Assembly: GCA_977020255.1 (NCBI GenBank) | Contig: CDROCS010001674.1 | Location: forward strand, 186,001 to 250,000 | Length of the DNA: 64,000 bases | Direction of reading: 5' to 3' | From: Obrimoposthia wandeli | Lineage: Eukaryota | In this document: piece after piece, positions 48,301 through 58,867 of the stretch | Position numbering within the stretch: the stretch's first letter is position 1 | How the letters are laid out: each line of letters opens with the position of its first letter | The notes under the pieces: generated by a model | Seen by the model: only the letters and a program-made list of their open reading frames with translations | Databases searched by the model: none | What the model was told of the DNA's origin: nothing | Translations under genes and position numbers: made by a program

Positions 48301-49131
48301 TTACGTTTCTAGATTGCCCATCAGCTCTTCGATTTTTTCACCTCCGGTTTTTAGGTTTTCATGAGTTGAATGAATAGAAGCACCTGAACTAATAAGAGGC
48401 TGATTTAGAGGTTCACCAAGTACAACAAATAAACGAGTGCCAATGTCACTTGTTTTTATTTCTAAGGCATGTGAACTTAAATCTAATATTGCCATTTGAT
48501 TAGGTTGTAGTTGATTTCCGCTAATATATGCTTTACCCGAACGCAAGTATATAAAACCAGCCGTTAAGCTATTCTTGGGTTGGAATGTCCAAGTGCCATA
48601 AGGTGAAATAATAATATCGAGATAGACAATATTAATACTATACCTAACGGGGCTATCTATTCCTTTGTAACTTCCAACAAGTACTTTTGTGGTTGAGTCG
48701 GCTTCTTCGACAAGGGGGAGTATTGAGGTTTTGTAATTGGTGCTAGAGGCGGTTTCCATTTCCGCATTGCCTGCGGGTAATGCCGTCCATAGTTGAAACG
48801 TTTCTACCACTCCATTTACTGGGGTTAATGTATCTTTGTGTACGATACCGCTTCCCGTGGTCATTACATGCACATCACCACCTTCTAGTGTTGCATGGCA
48901 ACCAGAAGAATCGACATGTTTCACTTTGCCTACAACAGAGTAACTTATAGTATCGACGCCAGAGTGCCCATGAAAATTTAGCCCAACAGGCTTCACTTTA
49001 TTTTTGGCTGCAAAATGATCCCACAGTACAAATGGATCGATTTCTGCGATATTATCTGCATCGATAAATGCAGTCATTGCCCCTGCTTTTAATCCGTATC
49101 GGATTGTTATTATCTTTCTTGTTTTATTCAT
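48301..49131 (-). CDS. Pirin-family (bicupin) protein
   Basis: IDPFVLWDHF, HGHSG, MTTGSGIVH, QLWTALP, GEPLNQP; start taken at ATG 49131. Confidence 0.8.
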   Translation of the reverse strand: MNKTRKIITIRYGLKAGAMTAFIDADNIAEIDPFVLWDHFAAKNKVKPVGLNFHGHSGVDTISYSVVGKVKHVDSSGCHATLEGGDVHVMTTGSGIVHKDTLTPVNGVVETFQLWTALPAGNAEMETASSTNYKTSILPLVEEADSTTKVLVGSYKGIDSPVRYSINIVYLDIIISPYGTWTFQPKNSLTAGFIYLRSGKAYISGNQLQPNQMAILDLSSHALEIKTSDIGTRLFVVLGEPLNQPLISSGASIHSTHENLKTGGEKIEELMGNLET

Positions 49132-49413
49132 CGCTAAACCCAAATAAGGTTCAATAGTTAAATCATAGACCTTGAGCCCAAAATAAACCAAAAATTTGCA
49201 GATAATTCTAAGATTGGATGAGTATGAACAGGGAGAGTTTGGTGCTATAAATATAATTTAATATCATTACCTTACGTAATAATTAGCGTTGTTATAATGT
49301 GCCTGTGCAATTTTAAACAAACGAATATAAACAAATGAATATAAACCAAACCCTCATGCTTATTTTTAATAAACAGAGGGCTTGGTTGTTTGTGTCTTTC
49401 TTTTTATATTTAC

Positions 49414-50616
49414 TTAGAAAGAACGGCTGTACTGAAGGCCGACAAGTATCGCATTTGCGCGCGTCGTGGCAGTTACTGTTCCGAAAGCAGGTTGCCCTGC
49501 TATTACTTCTTCGGTTACATCAACATCTTGACCCAGCAAATAAGTAGCACCGAAATCAATATTCGATTTGCTGTTGATATTGTACGTGAAGCCTGCAGAG
49601 AACCACTGACGGTTTGAATCAGGGATTGATAACGATTTGTCTTCATCAGCCGCTGAGATATCGTACATGTAGCCCGCACGTAACGCCCAATCATTGTTTA
49701 GGTAGTAAGTACCACCAATTGAGGCGTGACCAGCATCTTTCCAGTTGTAATCTTTAATTGTGGTACCGTTAGTTTCGACTTTATCGAACGCACCCCAACC
49801 GACCCACTGAAGGCTGTAGTGAGCGGCAAATTTTTCAGTCAGTAGATGGTAACCAGAAAATTCCACCATATCAGGTAAAGGTACGCTTAACTTATTTGTA
49901 TCTTTTCCTGCGTAATAAATATCACCTTCCGCTTTAAGTGTTGGGCTGTAACGGTAGCTTAAGCCAAAACGGTTATTCTCGTTTAATTCGTAAACCGTGC
50001 CGAGGTTGAAACCAAGAGCAAACCCATCGGCTTCAGCATCAAGTGCTTTGACTGTCCCCATGTCACGCTTTAGTGTGCCTTGACCATAAATCAAATCAAG
50101 ACCACCACCAATGCTCCATTGTTCATTTAAGCGGTATGCTAGGCTTGCACCGAAGTTCATGCTCATTACTTCGGTAGTACCACCTAATAAAGGTGCTTTA
50201 AAATCGCTTGAAAATTCAGTACCAGTACCGAAGTTAGAATATGCAGAAATACCCCATGCCATTTTATCGTTGATGGGTGACACTATGTAAAAATTGGGAA
50301 CAACGCTAATGCTGCCAATGTCATCAGCACCAAAAGTTTGGTTAGGTGCGTGTTTATATGAGGCATCTTTTACTGTTACATCGGTATCAATAACCGTGAA
50401 GCCGATAGACATGCTTGTTTCTTTAAACATTGTCATGGCTGCTGCGTTACGTGATATTACAGATGCGTTATCTGCGATTACCGCGTCCCCCGCAAATGCA
50501 CGACCGAGACCTGTCGCAGATTGACTATTAAGTTGGAAACCTGCCGCCATTGCTTGCGTAGAAGAAAGAGCGATCGCCGCAACGATAGCTTGAGTTAACA
50601 GACGCTTCTTGTTCAT
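49414..50616 (-). CDS. fadL: Outer-membrane long-chain fatty acid transporter, FadL/OmpP1 family
   Basis: AGFQL...LGRAFAG...DNAS, SNFG, IPDSNR, C-terminal Phe. Confidence 0.9.
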   Translation of the reverse strand: MNKKRLLTQAIVAAIALSSTQAMAAGFQLNSQSATGLGRAFAGDAVIADNASVISRNAAAMTMFKETSMSIGFTVIDTDVTVKDASYKHAPNQTFGADDIGSISVVPNFYIVSPINDKMAWGISAYSNFGTGTEFSSDFKAPLLGGTTEVMSMNFGASLAYRLNEQWSIGGGLDLIYGQGTLKRDMGTVKALDAEADGFALGFNLGTVYELNENNRFGLSYRYSPTLKAEGDIYYAGKDTNKLSVPLPDMVEFSGYHLLTEKFAAHYSLQWVGWGAFDKVETNGTTIKDYNWKDAGHASIGGTYYLNNDWALRAGYMYDISAADEDKSLSIPDSNRQWFSAGFTYNINSKSNIDFGATYLLGQDVDVTEEVIAGQPAFGTVTATTRANAILVGLQYSRSF

Positions 50617-50690
50617 TATTTAATAATTCTTATATTTATTTTTTGGCGAATGCCAAATTTGGATAGGATTTTAAAAGCTGAATATATTAA

Positions 50691-50707
50691 AACAAATTAG
50701 ACCAGCT
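50691..50707. promoter_or_regulatory. Possible FadR site upstream of fadL
   Basis: AACAAATT-A-GACCAGCT versus AACTGGTC-N-GACCAGTT; one good half-site. Confidence 0.4.
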
Positions 50708-51170
50708 CGATAATGGAATGAAAAGTTCAAAAAGAAAGTTAATTGTTTTTATTTTGTTACTTATAATGAATGTAACAGTGGGAAAGGGAGATGCTTGATG
50801 GCTATTATATATAACATCTCAGTGCGTCTGGTTGAATACATAGAAGGCTGAGGCTTTAGAGTAATTCCTTTAACTTTATTTTTGTTAAATGAAAAGTGGT
50901 ATGTACATTTTCATTTTTTGATATGATTTCCTCAATCATCTTCCATTATATTAGTCACCTTTTGTTACAGTTAGTTTAATATTTAAAATAAAAAATAGAA
51001 CTTGCTGTAAAAGAACCTGTATGAATCTAAGAGATATTGATGATGTTTAATCACTTAATGAGACGAATCAAATGGAATAATATCGGTGTTTTTACTGTAA
51101 TCAGAATGACGATTGTAATAAAGCGAGGTAAGATGGCATAAGATCAATGGCTTATCGATAAGGCTATCTC

Positions 51171-52769
51171 GTGTTTTATAACACCAAGACTTCTATTTAC
51201 GTTGTATGGCTACTCAGTTTTCTTTTTTTGTTTTCTTCTTCTAGTTATGCAATATCAGTAAGCAATGACAGTATTCCACTGGATGAAAAAGCCTTGTCGG
51301 AAAATTCTGTATATGAAGGTTTGCTACATGCAGATCTTGCACAAAAAGACCTAATACCTGAAGGGATCGTGGGTTCAGTTTGTGTTATTCGTCACGATAA
51401 TAAAATTGTGATGCTTTCAGAAGTGATTACCCAGAAACTATCATTACCTGGCGGGTATATTGACCCCGGAAATACGGCAGAAGAAGCCGCTGTTCGTGAA
51501 GCGCTTGAAGAAACTGGGCTGGTGGTTTCTATTGATAAATTACTGCAATACCGTGGACGAGCCGCTATATATAGTTGTGTGACTGATGCGCCTATTTTAG
51601 TGTCTTCACAGGTTGGTCATCGAAATTATACGGTTGTAGCCTCGTGGTTTGCAGAGCACTTTGGCAAAGAAGTAAGACGGGTTTATTTGATAGATCCAAA
51701 CAAAATGGATAACGATGAGTATCGATACCCTGATGATACAAAGCTATTAGCTAAGTGGATTAAGAATACGCCAAATAGTGAGATAACAGTCTATTCTGAT
51801 TTGAGTGATAAAGTGAATGCTTTACACCGTTTTGAATTAACGTTAATGAATGACTTTCAGCAATGGGTAAAATCACAGTCAACTACCGTTCAGTCATTGT
51901 TTGATGTAACCATGACAGTCGTTAATTTACCCGGTGAAGCTTATTTCCTTTTATTCGTTGCAATGGTGGTTATTGCTTTTTATGGCCCAATGGCCCTGTT
52001 GCAGTTATTCGTGATGTTAATTGGCGTCATATTCATCTCTTCTTTGCTTAAGCATGGTATTGCTTCACCAAGACCTTTTTATATCGTACCAGAATTACAA
52101 CAAACAAATGCTTATGGCTATAGCTTTCCTAGCGGTCATACGTTAACGGCTACTGTGTTATGGGGTATGTTGTGGTGCTTTATACGTGAGAAAAATGGTG
52201 CTGCAAAAATACCAAAGAATATTTCATTATTTTCACTCTTTATTGTCTTGATGATTGTAGGTCAAGCCGTTGCTAGAGTGTGGTATGGCGTACATTATAT
52301 GAGTGATACGATCGTGAGTATTATTCTGGGTATTGCGGTTGTCATTCTATGGAATAAATGGCGATACTCGAAGGTAACACCCTTAAAGCGTAGTATTGCC
52401 AGTAAATGGTTTTGGTTAGGCATTACGATCTTTGTTGGTGTTATTGTCAGTGTTACTCAACTTCCTGACCATATTTATTTATTCACTGCGCTATTGGCTA
52501 TTTTCTTAAGCATTGACTTTGTACCGAAACACCCGCTTAAATTATCAGTATTTAACCGCTGTGCAACGGCATTGATAACATTGATTGGTATTGCTGTGAT
52601 TGGTTATTTCGTTTCCTCTCTTGCGCACCGTTCTACGGTTAGCTTGATTGTCGTTGCGATAAATTCTATTGGGTCTGTTCTGGCAGTAGGTTGGACGGTG
52701 ATTGTTCCCTCGGTATTGTATAAAAAGCTGGCAAAGAAAGAGTGTTTTTTAAAAGCCAAATTAGACTAA
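51171..52769 (+). CDS. Bifunctional NUDIX hydrolase / PAP2 phosphatase membrane protein
   Basis: Nudix box PGG...REALEETGL; PAP2 motifs K....SPRP, SFPSGH, RVWYGVHYMSD. Confidence 0.88.
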   Translation: MFYNTKTSIYVVWLLSFLFLFSSSSYAISVSNDSIPLDEKALSENSVYEGLLHADLAQKDLIPEGIVGSVCVIRHDNKIVMLSEVITQKLSLPGGYIDPGNTAEEAAVREALEETGLVVSIDKLLQYRGRAAIYSCVTDAPILVSSQVGHRNYTVVASWFAEHFGKEVRRVYLIDPNKMDNDEYRYPDDTKLLAKWIKNTPNSEITVYSDLSDKVNALHRFELTLMNDFQQWVKSQSTTVQSLFDVTMTVVNLPGEAYFLLFVAMVVIAFYGPMALLQLFVMLIGVIFISSLLKHGIASPRPFYIVPELQQTNAYGYSFPSGHTLTATVLWGMLWCFIREKNGAAKIPKNISLFSLFIVLMIVGQAVARVWYGVHYMSDTIVSIILGIAVVILWNKWRYSKVTPLKRSIASKWFWLGITIFVGVIVSVTQLPDHIYLFTALLAIFLSIDFVPKHPLKLSVFNRCATALITLIGIAVIGYFVSSLAHRSTVSLIVVAINSIGSVLAVGWTVIVPSVLYKKLAKKECFLKAKLD

Positions 52770-52910
52770 CGATGGTCTTAGTGATTTCACGTTGAGCTTG
52801 GTCACACTTTTTTTAAGATAAAGAGTGATGTAAAGTGGTTTATTTCTATTTTGAAAATATAACAAGCCAGTCTTCGTAGGATACGATAAAGACACTGGAG
52901 AGGGAGAGCA

Positions 52911-55900
52911 ATGTTACCAATATTGACATATCAGAATAGTATCGACGACGTCGTACTGTCTTATCTGACTGAGTTAGAATCTGCTGGATTCACCGGCGAT
53001 ATTGAAAAAAGTTACGCGAGCCGTCTTGCTGTTGCTACCGACAATAGTGTGTATCAACAATTACCACAAGCCGTTGTACTTCCTCGTTCAGTGAATGACT
53101 TATCTCTAATAGGTCAACTCGGTCAAAAAGAGGCTTATAAAAAAGTAACGTTCTCACCGCGTGGTGGTGGTACAGGTACAAATGGTCAATCATTAACACC
53201 GGGTATCATTGTTGATCTATCTCGGCATATGAACCAAATCCTTGAAGTGAATGCTAAAGAAGGCTGGGTAAGAGTACAAACAGGGACAATTAAAGATCAA
53301 TTGAATGATGCCCTACGTCCTTACGGTTTCTTTTTCTCGCCTGACTTATCAACCAGCAATCGCGCTACTGTTGGTGGTATGATCAGTACCGATGCATCGG
53401 GGCAGGGGTCGTTAAAATACGGTAAAACATCGGATCATGTATTAGCGCTAAAAGCTGTATTGGTCGATGGTTCAATATTAGATACCGAACCGCTAGACAG
53501 TAACGGTGTGGCTCGTTATGCGAATGATACCAGTTTTGTCGGTAATGCGATTAACACTTCATCTACGGTATGCCGCGAAAAACGCCAACAGATTGTTGAT
53601 AAGTTTCCTCCGCTAAATCGCTTTTTAACGGGGTATGATCTTAAAAATGTGTTTGATGAAAATGTTGAAATATTCGATATTGCCCGTCTTTTATGTGGTG
53701 CTGAAGGGTCGTTAGCCTTTGTTGCTGAAGCCAAACTCAATATTACCCCGATTCCTAAGTCTCGTACTTTAGTTAACATTAAGTACGATAGCTTCGATTC
53801 TGCATTGCGTAGCGCCCCGATGATGGTCGAGGCTCAAGCACTATCGGTTGAGACCGTCGATTCACGTGTTTTGAATTTTGCGAAACAAGATATTGTTTGG
53901 AATACTGTTAGTGATTTACTTACCGATGTACCGGGCAAAGAAATGCTGGGTATTAATATGGTGGAATTTGCTAATAATAATCCTGAAGAAAATCACCGCC
54001 AAGTAGCCGACTTATGCGCAAAGCTAGATATTCTGATCGATCAGCAAAAAGATGGCTTAATCGGCTATCAAGTATGTAATGAACTGGCGAGCATTCAAAA
54101 AATCTACACCATGCGTAAAAAAGCAGTGGGTTTATTAGGAGCAGTACAAGGCAGTAAAAAGCCGATTGCTTTCGCAGAAGATACTTGCGTGCCACCCGAA
54201 AATTTAGCCGATTTTATTGTTGAATTTCGTCAACTGTTAGACGATAAAAAACTTGATTATGGCATGTTTGGTCATGTTGATGCTGGTGTATTACATGTAC
54301 GACCTGCATTAGATATGTGCGATCCTGAGCAAGAACGCACCATGAAAGAAATTTCAGACCAAGTTGTGGCTTTAGTGGCGAAATACGGTGGCTTAATGTG
54401 GGGGGAACACGGTAAAGGTTTCCGTTCTGAGTATGGCCCTGCATTTTTTGGCGATGAGCTGTTTACTGAATTACGTCGGATTAAAGCGGCATTTGACCCT
54501 GATAATCGCATGAATCCGGGTAAAATTTGTACGCCGTTAGGTAGCAGCGATGAGTTAGTTAAAGTTGATGGTGTTAAACGGGGTTTCTATGACCGTCAGA
54601 TTCCAGTAACAACGCGTGATAGCTTTAAACAAGCGATGGAATGCAACGGTAACGGTTTGTGTTTTAATTACGACACCAGCTCTCCTATGTGTCCGTCGAT
54701 GAAAATCACCGCTGACCGTCGCCATTCGCCGAAAGGGCGTGCGGGACTCGTGCGAGAATGGTTACGGCAGTTAGCCGAACAAGGCATTAATGCCGATGAG
54801 TTAGAGCATAAGTTGCTTACCACGACGCCCACGGTAAAGCAGATTATAGATCGTCTGAAAAATACCTATGGTTCTCGCAAGAATGATTACGATTATTCTC
54901 ACGAAGTGATGGAAGCAATGAACGGGTGCCTTGCATGTAAGGCGTGTGCAAGCCAATGTCCGATTAAAGTAGATGTACCGAGTTTCCGTTCTCGTTTCAT
55001 GAATATCTACTACAGCCGTTATCAACGTCCGGCCAAAGATTACTTGGTGGCTTATGTCGAAAACTACCTGCCGATTATGGCCAAAGCGCCCGTTACGTTT
55101 AACGCGATAATGCGACCTGCATGGTCGAAAAAGCTGACAGAAAAAACGATCGGTTATGTTGATATGCCAGCACTGTCGGTGCCAACATTAATGGAAGGCT
55201 TAGACGGTCATCATGCTACTCATTTTGATCTATCGTGGTTACAAGCACTGTCACAAGCAGAGCGTAGTCAGTACGTACTTATTGTTCAAGACCCGTTTAC
55301 CAGCTATTACGATGCGGAAGTGATCCGTGATTTTGTATACTTAATTGAAAAATTAGGTAAAAAGCCCATATTGGTTCCGTTCAAACCCAACGGTAAAGCA
55401 CAGCATGTGAAAGGCTTTTTACGTCAGTTTGCAAAAACAGCACGTAATACGGCTGATTTCTTGAATCAACTGGCGTCTTTGGGTATTCCGTTAGTTGGTA
55501 TCGATCCAGCACTTGTATTGTGTTATCGCGATGAGTACGAAGAAGTGCTGAAAGAAACGCGTGGTGATTTTCATGTTTTAACCGCTCATGAATGGCTAAC
55601 GCCACTTTTAGCGGAACAACCTAGTTATTCATTACGTGATAAAAATACGACCAACGACGATTGGTACTTGTTTGCGCATTGTACTGAAAAAACCAAAATG
55701 CCTAATGCAGAAAAAGAATGGATGGCAATCTTCAATCAATTCGGAGCAGGGCTAAAGCCTGTTGCGGTAGGTTGTTGTGGCATGGCGGGTACGTTTGGGC
55801 ATGAGAAAGACAAACTTGAAATCTCGAAGGGTGTTTACAATCTGAGTTGGAAGCCAAACATTGATAAGTTGGATCCCGAACGCTGTTTGGTGACAGGCTA

Positions 55901-55982
55901 TTCATGCCGTAGTCAGGTGAAACGTTTTGAACACATCAAAATGAAACACCCCGTTCAGGCGTTGTTGCAATTACTGTCGTAG
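52911..55982 (+). CDS. ydiJ: FAD-binding, Fe-S-binding oxidoreductase YdiJ (D-2-hydroxyglutarate dehydrogenase-like)
   Basis: PRGGGTGTNGQ, GHVDAGVLHVRP, WGEHG, CNGNGLC, CLACKAC, CCGMAG. Confidence 0.92.
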   Translation: MLPILTYQNSIDDVVLSYLTELESAGFTGDIEKSYASRLAVATDNSVYQQLPQAVVLPRSVNDLSLIGQLGQKEAYKKVTFSPRGGGTGTNGQSLTPGIIVDLSRHMNQILEVNAKEGWVRVQTGTIKDQLNDALRPYGFFFSPDLSTSNRATVGGMISTDASGQGSLKYGKTSDHVLALKAVLVDGSILDTEPLDSNGVARYANDTSFVGNAINTSSTVCREKRQQIVDKFPPLNRFLTGYDLKNVFDENVEIFDIARLLCGAEGSLAFVAEAKLNITPIPKSRTLVNIKYDSFDSALRSAPMMVEAQALSVETVDSRVLNFAKQDIVWNTVSDLLTDVPGKEMLGINMVEFANNNPEENHRQVADLCAKLDILIDQQKDGLIGYQVCNELASIQKIYTMRKKAVGLLGAVQGSKKPIAFAEDTCVPPENLADFIVEFRQLLDDKKLDYGMFGHVDAGVLHVRPALDMCDPEQERTMKEISDQVVALVAKYGGLMWGEHGKGFRSEYGPAFFGDELFTELRRIKAAFDPDNRMNPGKICTPLGSSDELVKVDGVKRGFYDRQIPVTTRDSFKQAMECNGNGLCFNYDTSSPMCPSMKITADRRHSPKGRAGLVREWLRQLAEQGINADELEHKLLTTTPTVKQIIDRLKNTYGSRKNDYDYSHEVMEAMNGCLACKACASQCPIKVDVPSFRSRFMNIYYSRYQRPAKDYLVAYVENYLPIMAKAPVTFNAIMRPAWSKKLTEKTIGYVDMPALSVPTLMEGLDGHHATHFDLSWLQALSQAERSQYVLIVQDPFTSYYDAEVIRDFVYLIEKLGKKPILVPFKPNGKAQHVKGFLRQFAKTARNTADFLNQLASLGIPLVGIDPALVLCYRDEYEEVLKETRGDFHVLTAHEWLTPLLAEQPSYSLRDKNTTNDDWYLFAHCTEKTKMPNAEKEWMAIFNQFGAGLKPVAVGCCGMAGTFGHEKDKLEISKGVYNLSWKPNIDKLDPERCLVTGYSCRSQVKRFEHIKMKHPVQALLQLLS

Positions 55983-56035
55983 TCGTAAGCACTGGCACCT
56001 AAAAAACAGGTACCCAAAAGCGATATTAAAGAAAT

Positions 56036-56066
56036 AAAAAAGCGAGCAATTAATGCTCGCTTTTTT
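56036..56066. terminator. Bidirectional terminator between ydiJ and aqpZ
   Basis: AAAAAAGCGAGCA-atta-atGCTCGCTTTTTT. Confidence 0.8.
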
Positions 56067-56095
56067 ATATGATGACTTTGTGTTGGTAACACTGA

Positions 56096-56791
56096 TTAAT
56101 CTTCGTTTGGACACAACCAGCGATAGACAATACCCGCTACAATTGCACCGAGTATAGGTGCAACCCAGAATAACCATAATTGAGACATAGCCCAATCACC
56201 CACGAAAATAGCTGGGCCTGTACTACGAGCAGGGTTAACGGATGTATTCGTAACAGGAATACTAATTAAGTGGATTAACGTTAACGCTAAACCAATGGCT
56301 AACCCCGCCATACCTGGGTTGGCTAATTTATGTGTCACACCAAGAATGATGAACAAGAACATAAAGGTCATTACAAACTCGGTTACAAAGCCCGACAACA
56401 TGGTGTAACCACCAGGTGAATGATCACCGTACCCATTGGATGCTAGCCCGCCAGCAAGATCAAATCCAGCCTGACCACTGGCGATAATATAGAGTACGAA
56501 CGCGCCAGCAATAGCACCTAAAACTTGGAAGACAATATAAGGGATAATTTCATTTGCTGGAAAGCGACCGCCAGACCATAAACCAACAGTCACAGCAGGG
56601 TTTAGGTGGCAACCTGAGATATGGCCAATAGCGTAAGCCATAGTAACTACCGTTAAACCAAAGGCAAGCGCTACACCAAGTAGGCCAATACCGACATCAG
56701 GAAATGCTGCGGCTAAAACAGCGCTACCACAACCGCCTAGTACTAGCCAAAATGTGCCAATGAATTCAGCGACAAGTTTTTTTATCATCAT
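56096..56791 (-). CDS. aqpZ: Aquaporin Z
   Basis: HLNPAVT and [11 protein letters not shown] boxes. Confidence 0.96.
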   Translation of the reverse strand: MMIKKLVAEFIGTFWLVLGGCGSAVLAAAFPDVGIGLLGVALAFGLTVVTMAYAIGHISGCHLNPAVTVGLWSGGRFPANEIIPYIVFQVLGAIAGAFVLYIIASGQAGFDLAGGLASNGYGDHSPGGYTMLSGFVTEFVMTFMFLFIILGVTHKLANPGMAGLAIGLALTLIHLISIPVTNTSVNPARSTGPAIFVGDWAMSQLWLFWVAPILGAIVAGIVYRWLCPNED

Positions 56792-57070
56792 TAGTCTTCC
56801 TTTTCATAATCACGTATAACGAAATTTTAATAAGATATGGAGTGATAATTTACGATGTGAAAAGTGTAGCAACGTAATTTTAAAAGGCATACTTACACAA
56901 TACATTTTATTAAGAATAAGCTTAGGTTTTGCATTAATGGAGCTACATGATTAAATATCTTTTTTTGCTACAGGTGTTTAAATAATAAGACTATTGTTGT
57001 TAATAGAATAGTGATGATAGCTCATTAATATTATAGCTTTTTTAGGCTACATAATAAGGATGATGTCAGT

Positions 57071-57106
57071 AGTATCTAAGCTACATCTAGAGGTAACTTG
57101 GGTATA
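57071..57106. mobile_element. Minimal remnant of the subfamily A MITE termini
   Basis: Ends AGGTAACTTGGGTATA, identical to 3181-3196; left part TATCTAAGCTAC resembles the left TIR. Confidence 0.55.
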
Positions 57107-57113
57107 TAGCGTA

Positions 57114-58022
57114 TTAATCTGTTACATCAAGTAAGTAGTCTTCTAATTGATCAGATAGCCACTGAATAACTAATCCGCGTCGTGATTCACTTTCTACTAT
57201 TTCACCGTAAGGCTGCCAGCTCATTGCTTTATTATGTTTAATAACCTTGATTGTACCTTTCCGTAAATGGTCATTAATTAGAAGTGCAGGAACATTAGAC
57301 CACCCCGTACCATCTAAAACCGCGTGGCTTAGGTATTCATAAAAAGCTAGTGCGATGTAATTGGTTGAATTGGGTATACCAGTTTTTAAATTGTCATCTT
57401 CAATGTAAGCAAGAATGATTTCTGTATAGCGAGCGAAATCTTCACTGGTTACTTTTCGTAATTGACTAAGGGGGTGGTCTTTATGAGCAACAGACATCAT
57501 GCGAATTTGCCCTAAGTCGAAATGAAGCAAACGTGGAATACGATGTTCAGTTGGCAATAAACCATAAGCTACATCTACGGCATCCTGCTCTACTAAATTT
57601 TCTAACTCTGGTGGTGTAGCTGCATAGATAGAGATGCTTGTATTGGGGAATTTTTCTTTCAGGCGGTTGAGTGTGTCGCGCCAAAATGTTTCGGGTAAAG
57701 CATCATCGCGGGCGATACGAACAACAGATTCAACACCATCAATATGCAGGGTACACTTGCGTTTAATATCGTTAGCAATTTGTAAGAGGCGAGTGCAATC
57801 ATTGGCAATGCTTTCACCAATGTCCGTTAATTGAATACGATTCCCTGTTCGCGCGAGTAATTTGACACCGAGATCATCTTCAAGCGCGCAGAGTGAAGCA
57901 CTTACTGTTGTTCGGCTTTTATTCAATTTACGTGCAGCTTCTGTTATCGATCCTGTTTTACTGGCGTGAAGAAATATTTCAATCTGAGTTATTTTCAATT
58001 TAATGCTCCTACTGACAAACAA
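57114..58022 (-). CDS. LysR-family transcriptional regulator
   Basis: GSITEAARKLNKSRTTVS...LEDDLGVKLLAR HTH; exact start uncertain. Confidence 0.9.
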   Translation of the reverse strand: MFVSRSIKLKITQIEIFLHASKTGSITEAARKLNKSRTTVSASLCALEDDLGVKLLARTGNRIQLTDIGESIANDCTRLLQIANDIKRKCTLHIDGVESVVRIARDDALPETFWRDTLNRLKEKFPNTSISIYAATPPELENLVEQDAVDVAYGLLPTEHRIPRLLHFDLGQIRMMSVAHKDHPLSQLRKVTSEDFARYTEIILAYIEDDNLKTGIPNSTNYIALAFYEYLSHAVLDGTGWSNVPALLINDHLRKGTIKVIKHNKAMSWQPYGEIVESESRRGLVIQWLSDQLEDYLLDVTD

Positions 58023-58084
58023 ATGTCATTTAACCGATGATGATACTCGTGCTTATGCCAATCTAGATAAGTATCACTTTTAGC

Positions 58085-58181
58085 GACGAAAAAGTTGTCG
58101 CTGAGGGATTGTTACATTCTACGTCAACCAGATACTATGAATATATTCTAAAAAAAAACTTTATTGACGAAAAAATTGTCG
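58085..58181. promoter_or_regulatory. Pair of GAC-N9-GTC dyads between the LysR and CDF genes
   Basis: GACGAAAAAGTTGTCG (58085-58100) and GACGAAAAAATTGTCG (58166-58181). Confidence 0.5.
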
Positions 58182-58195
58182 ATAAAGGAGGATTT

Positions 58196-58867
58196 ATGAC
58201 CCGTAACATTCAGCTTGAACGTAAGCTTCTTCACTTTTCGACTCTTTTTGCGCTGTTATTTGCCGTTATGGGCATCAGTTTAGGGGCATGGATTGGGTCT
58301 TTAGTTATCGTATTCGATGGGGCTTACTCGTTGGTTAGTCTTTTTCTTACCTTAGTATCGGTTGCTGCTGCATCTTATATACATAAGCCGAGAAAGCATC
58401 CTTCTGCTATCAATATTACCAAAGTAGAGCCAATGGTTATCGCGTTCAAAGGGTTAGTGATCACGCTAATGTGCTGTATTTCTTTTGCATCAGCCATTGA
58501 GGCCATAATGAATGGTGGGCGTGATGTGAATGCAGGTATTGCTCTTATTTTTGGTGTTATTAATGTTCTAGGTTGTATTGGTGCTTATTGGCTGATGGTC
58601 AAAAAAGGTAAGCGTGCGAATTCAGGTTTAGTAGATGCAGAAGCAAAGCAGTGGTTAATGGACACCGTGATAAGTATTGCAGTAATGATTGGTTTTGTTT
58701 TTGCTAAGGTTTTATCGCTAACGGAATATGAATCGTATGCCGTGTATGCAGACCCAGTAATGGTCATTCTTGTTTCTATTTATTTTATCATTGTGCCATT
58801 GAAAATGACTTATGACGCTATTCAACAGTTAGTCTCAGATCAACAGCTAGCCTCAGACAACAACTAG
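58196..58867 (+). CDS. Cation diffusion facilitator, transmembrane domain only
   Basis: IVFDGAYSL, EAKQWLMDT, YADPVM; no cytoplasmic C-terminal domain; AAGGAGG RBS. Confidence 0.82.
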   Translation: MTRNIQLERKLLHFSTLFALLFAVMGISLGAWIGSLVIVFDGAYSLVSLFLTLVSVAAASYIHKPRKHPSAINITKVEPMVIAFKGLVITLMCCISFASAIEAIMNGGRDVNAGIALIFGVINVLGCIGAYWLMVKKGKRANSGLVDAEAKQWLMDTVISIAVMIGFVFAKVLSLTEYESYAVYADPVMVILVSIYFIIVPLKMTYDAIQQLVSDQQLASDNN

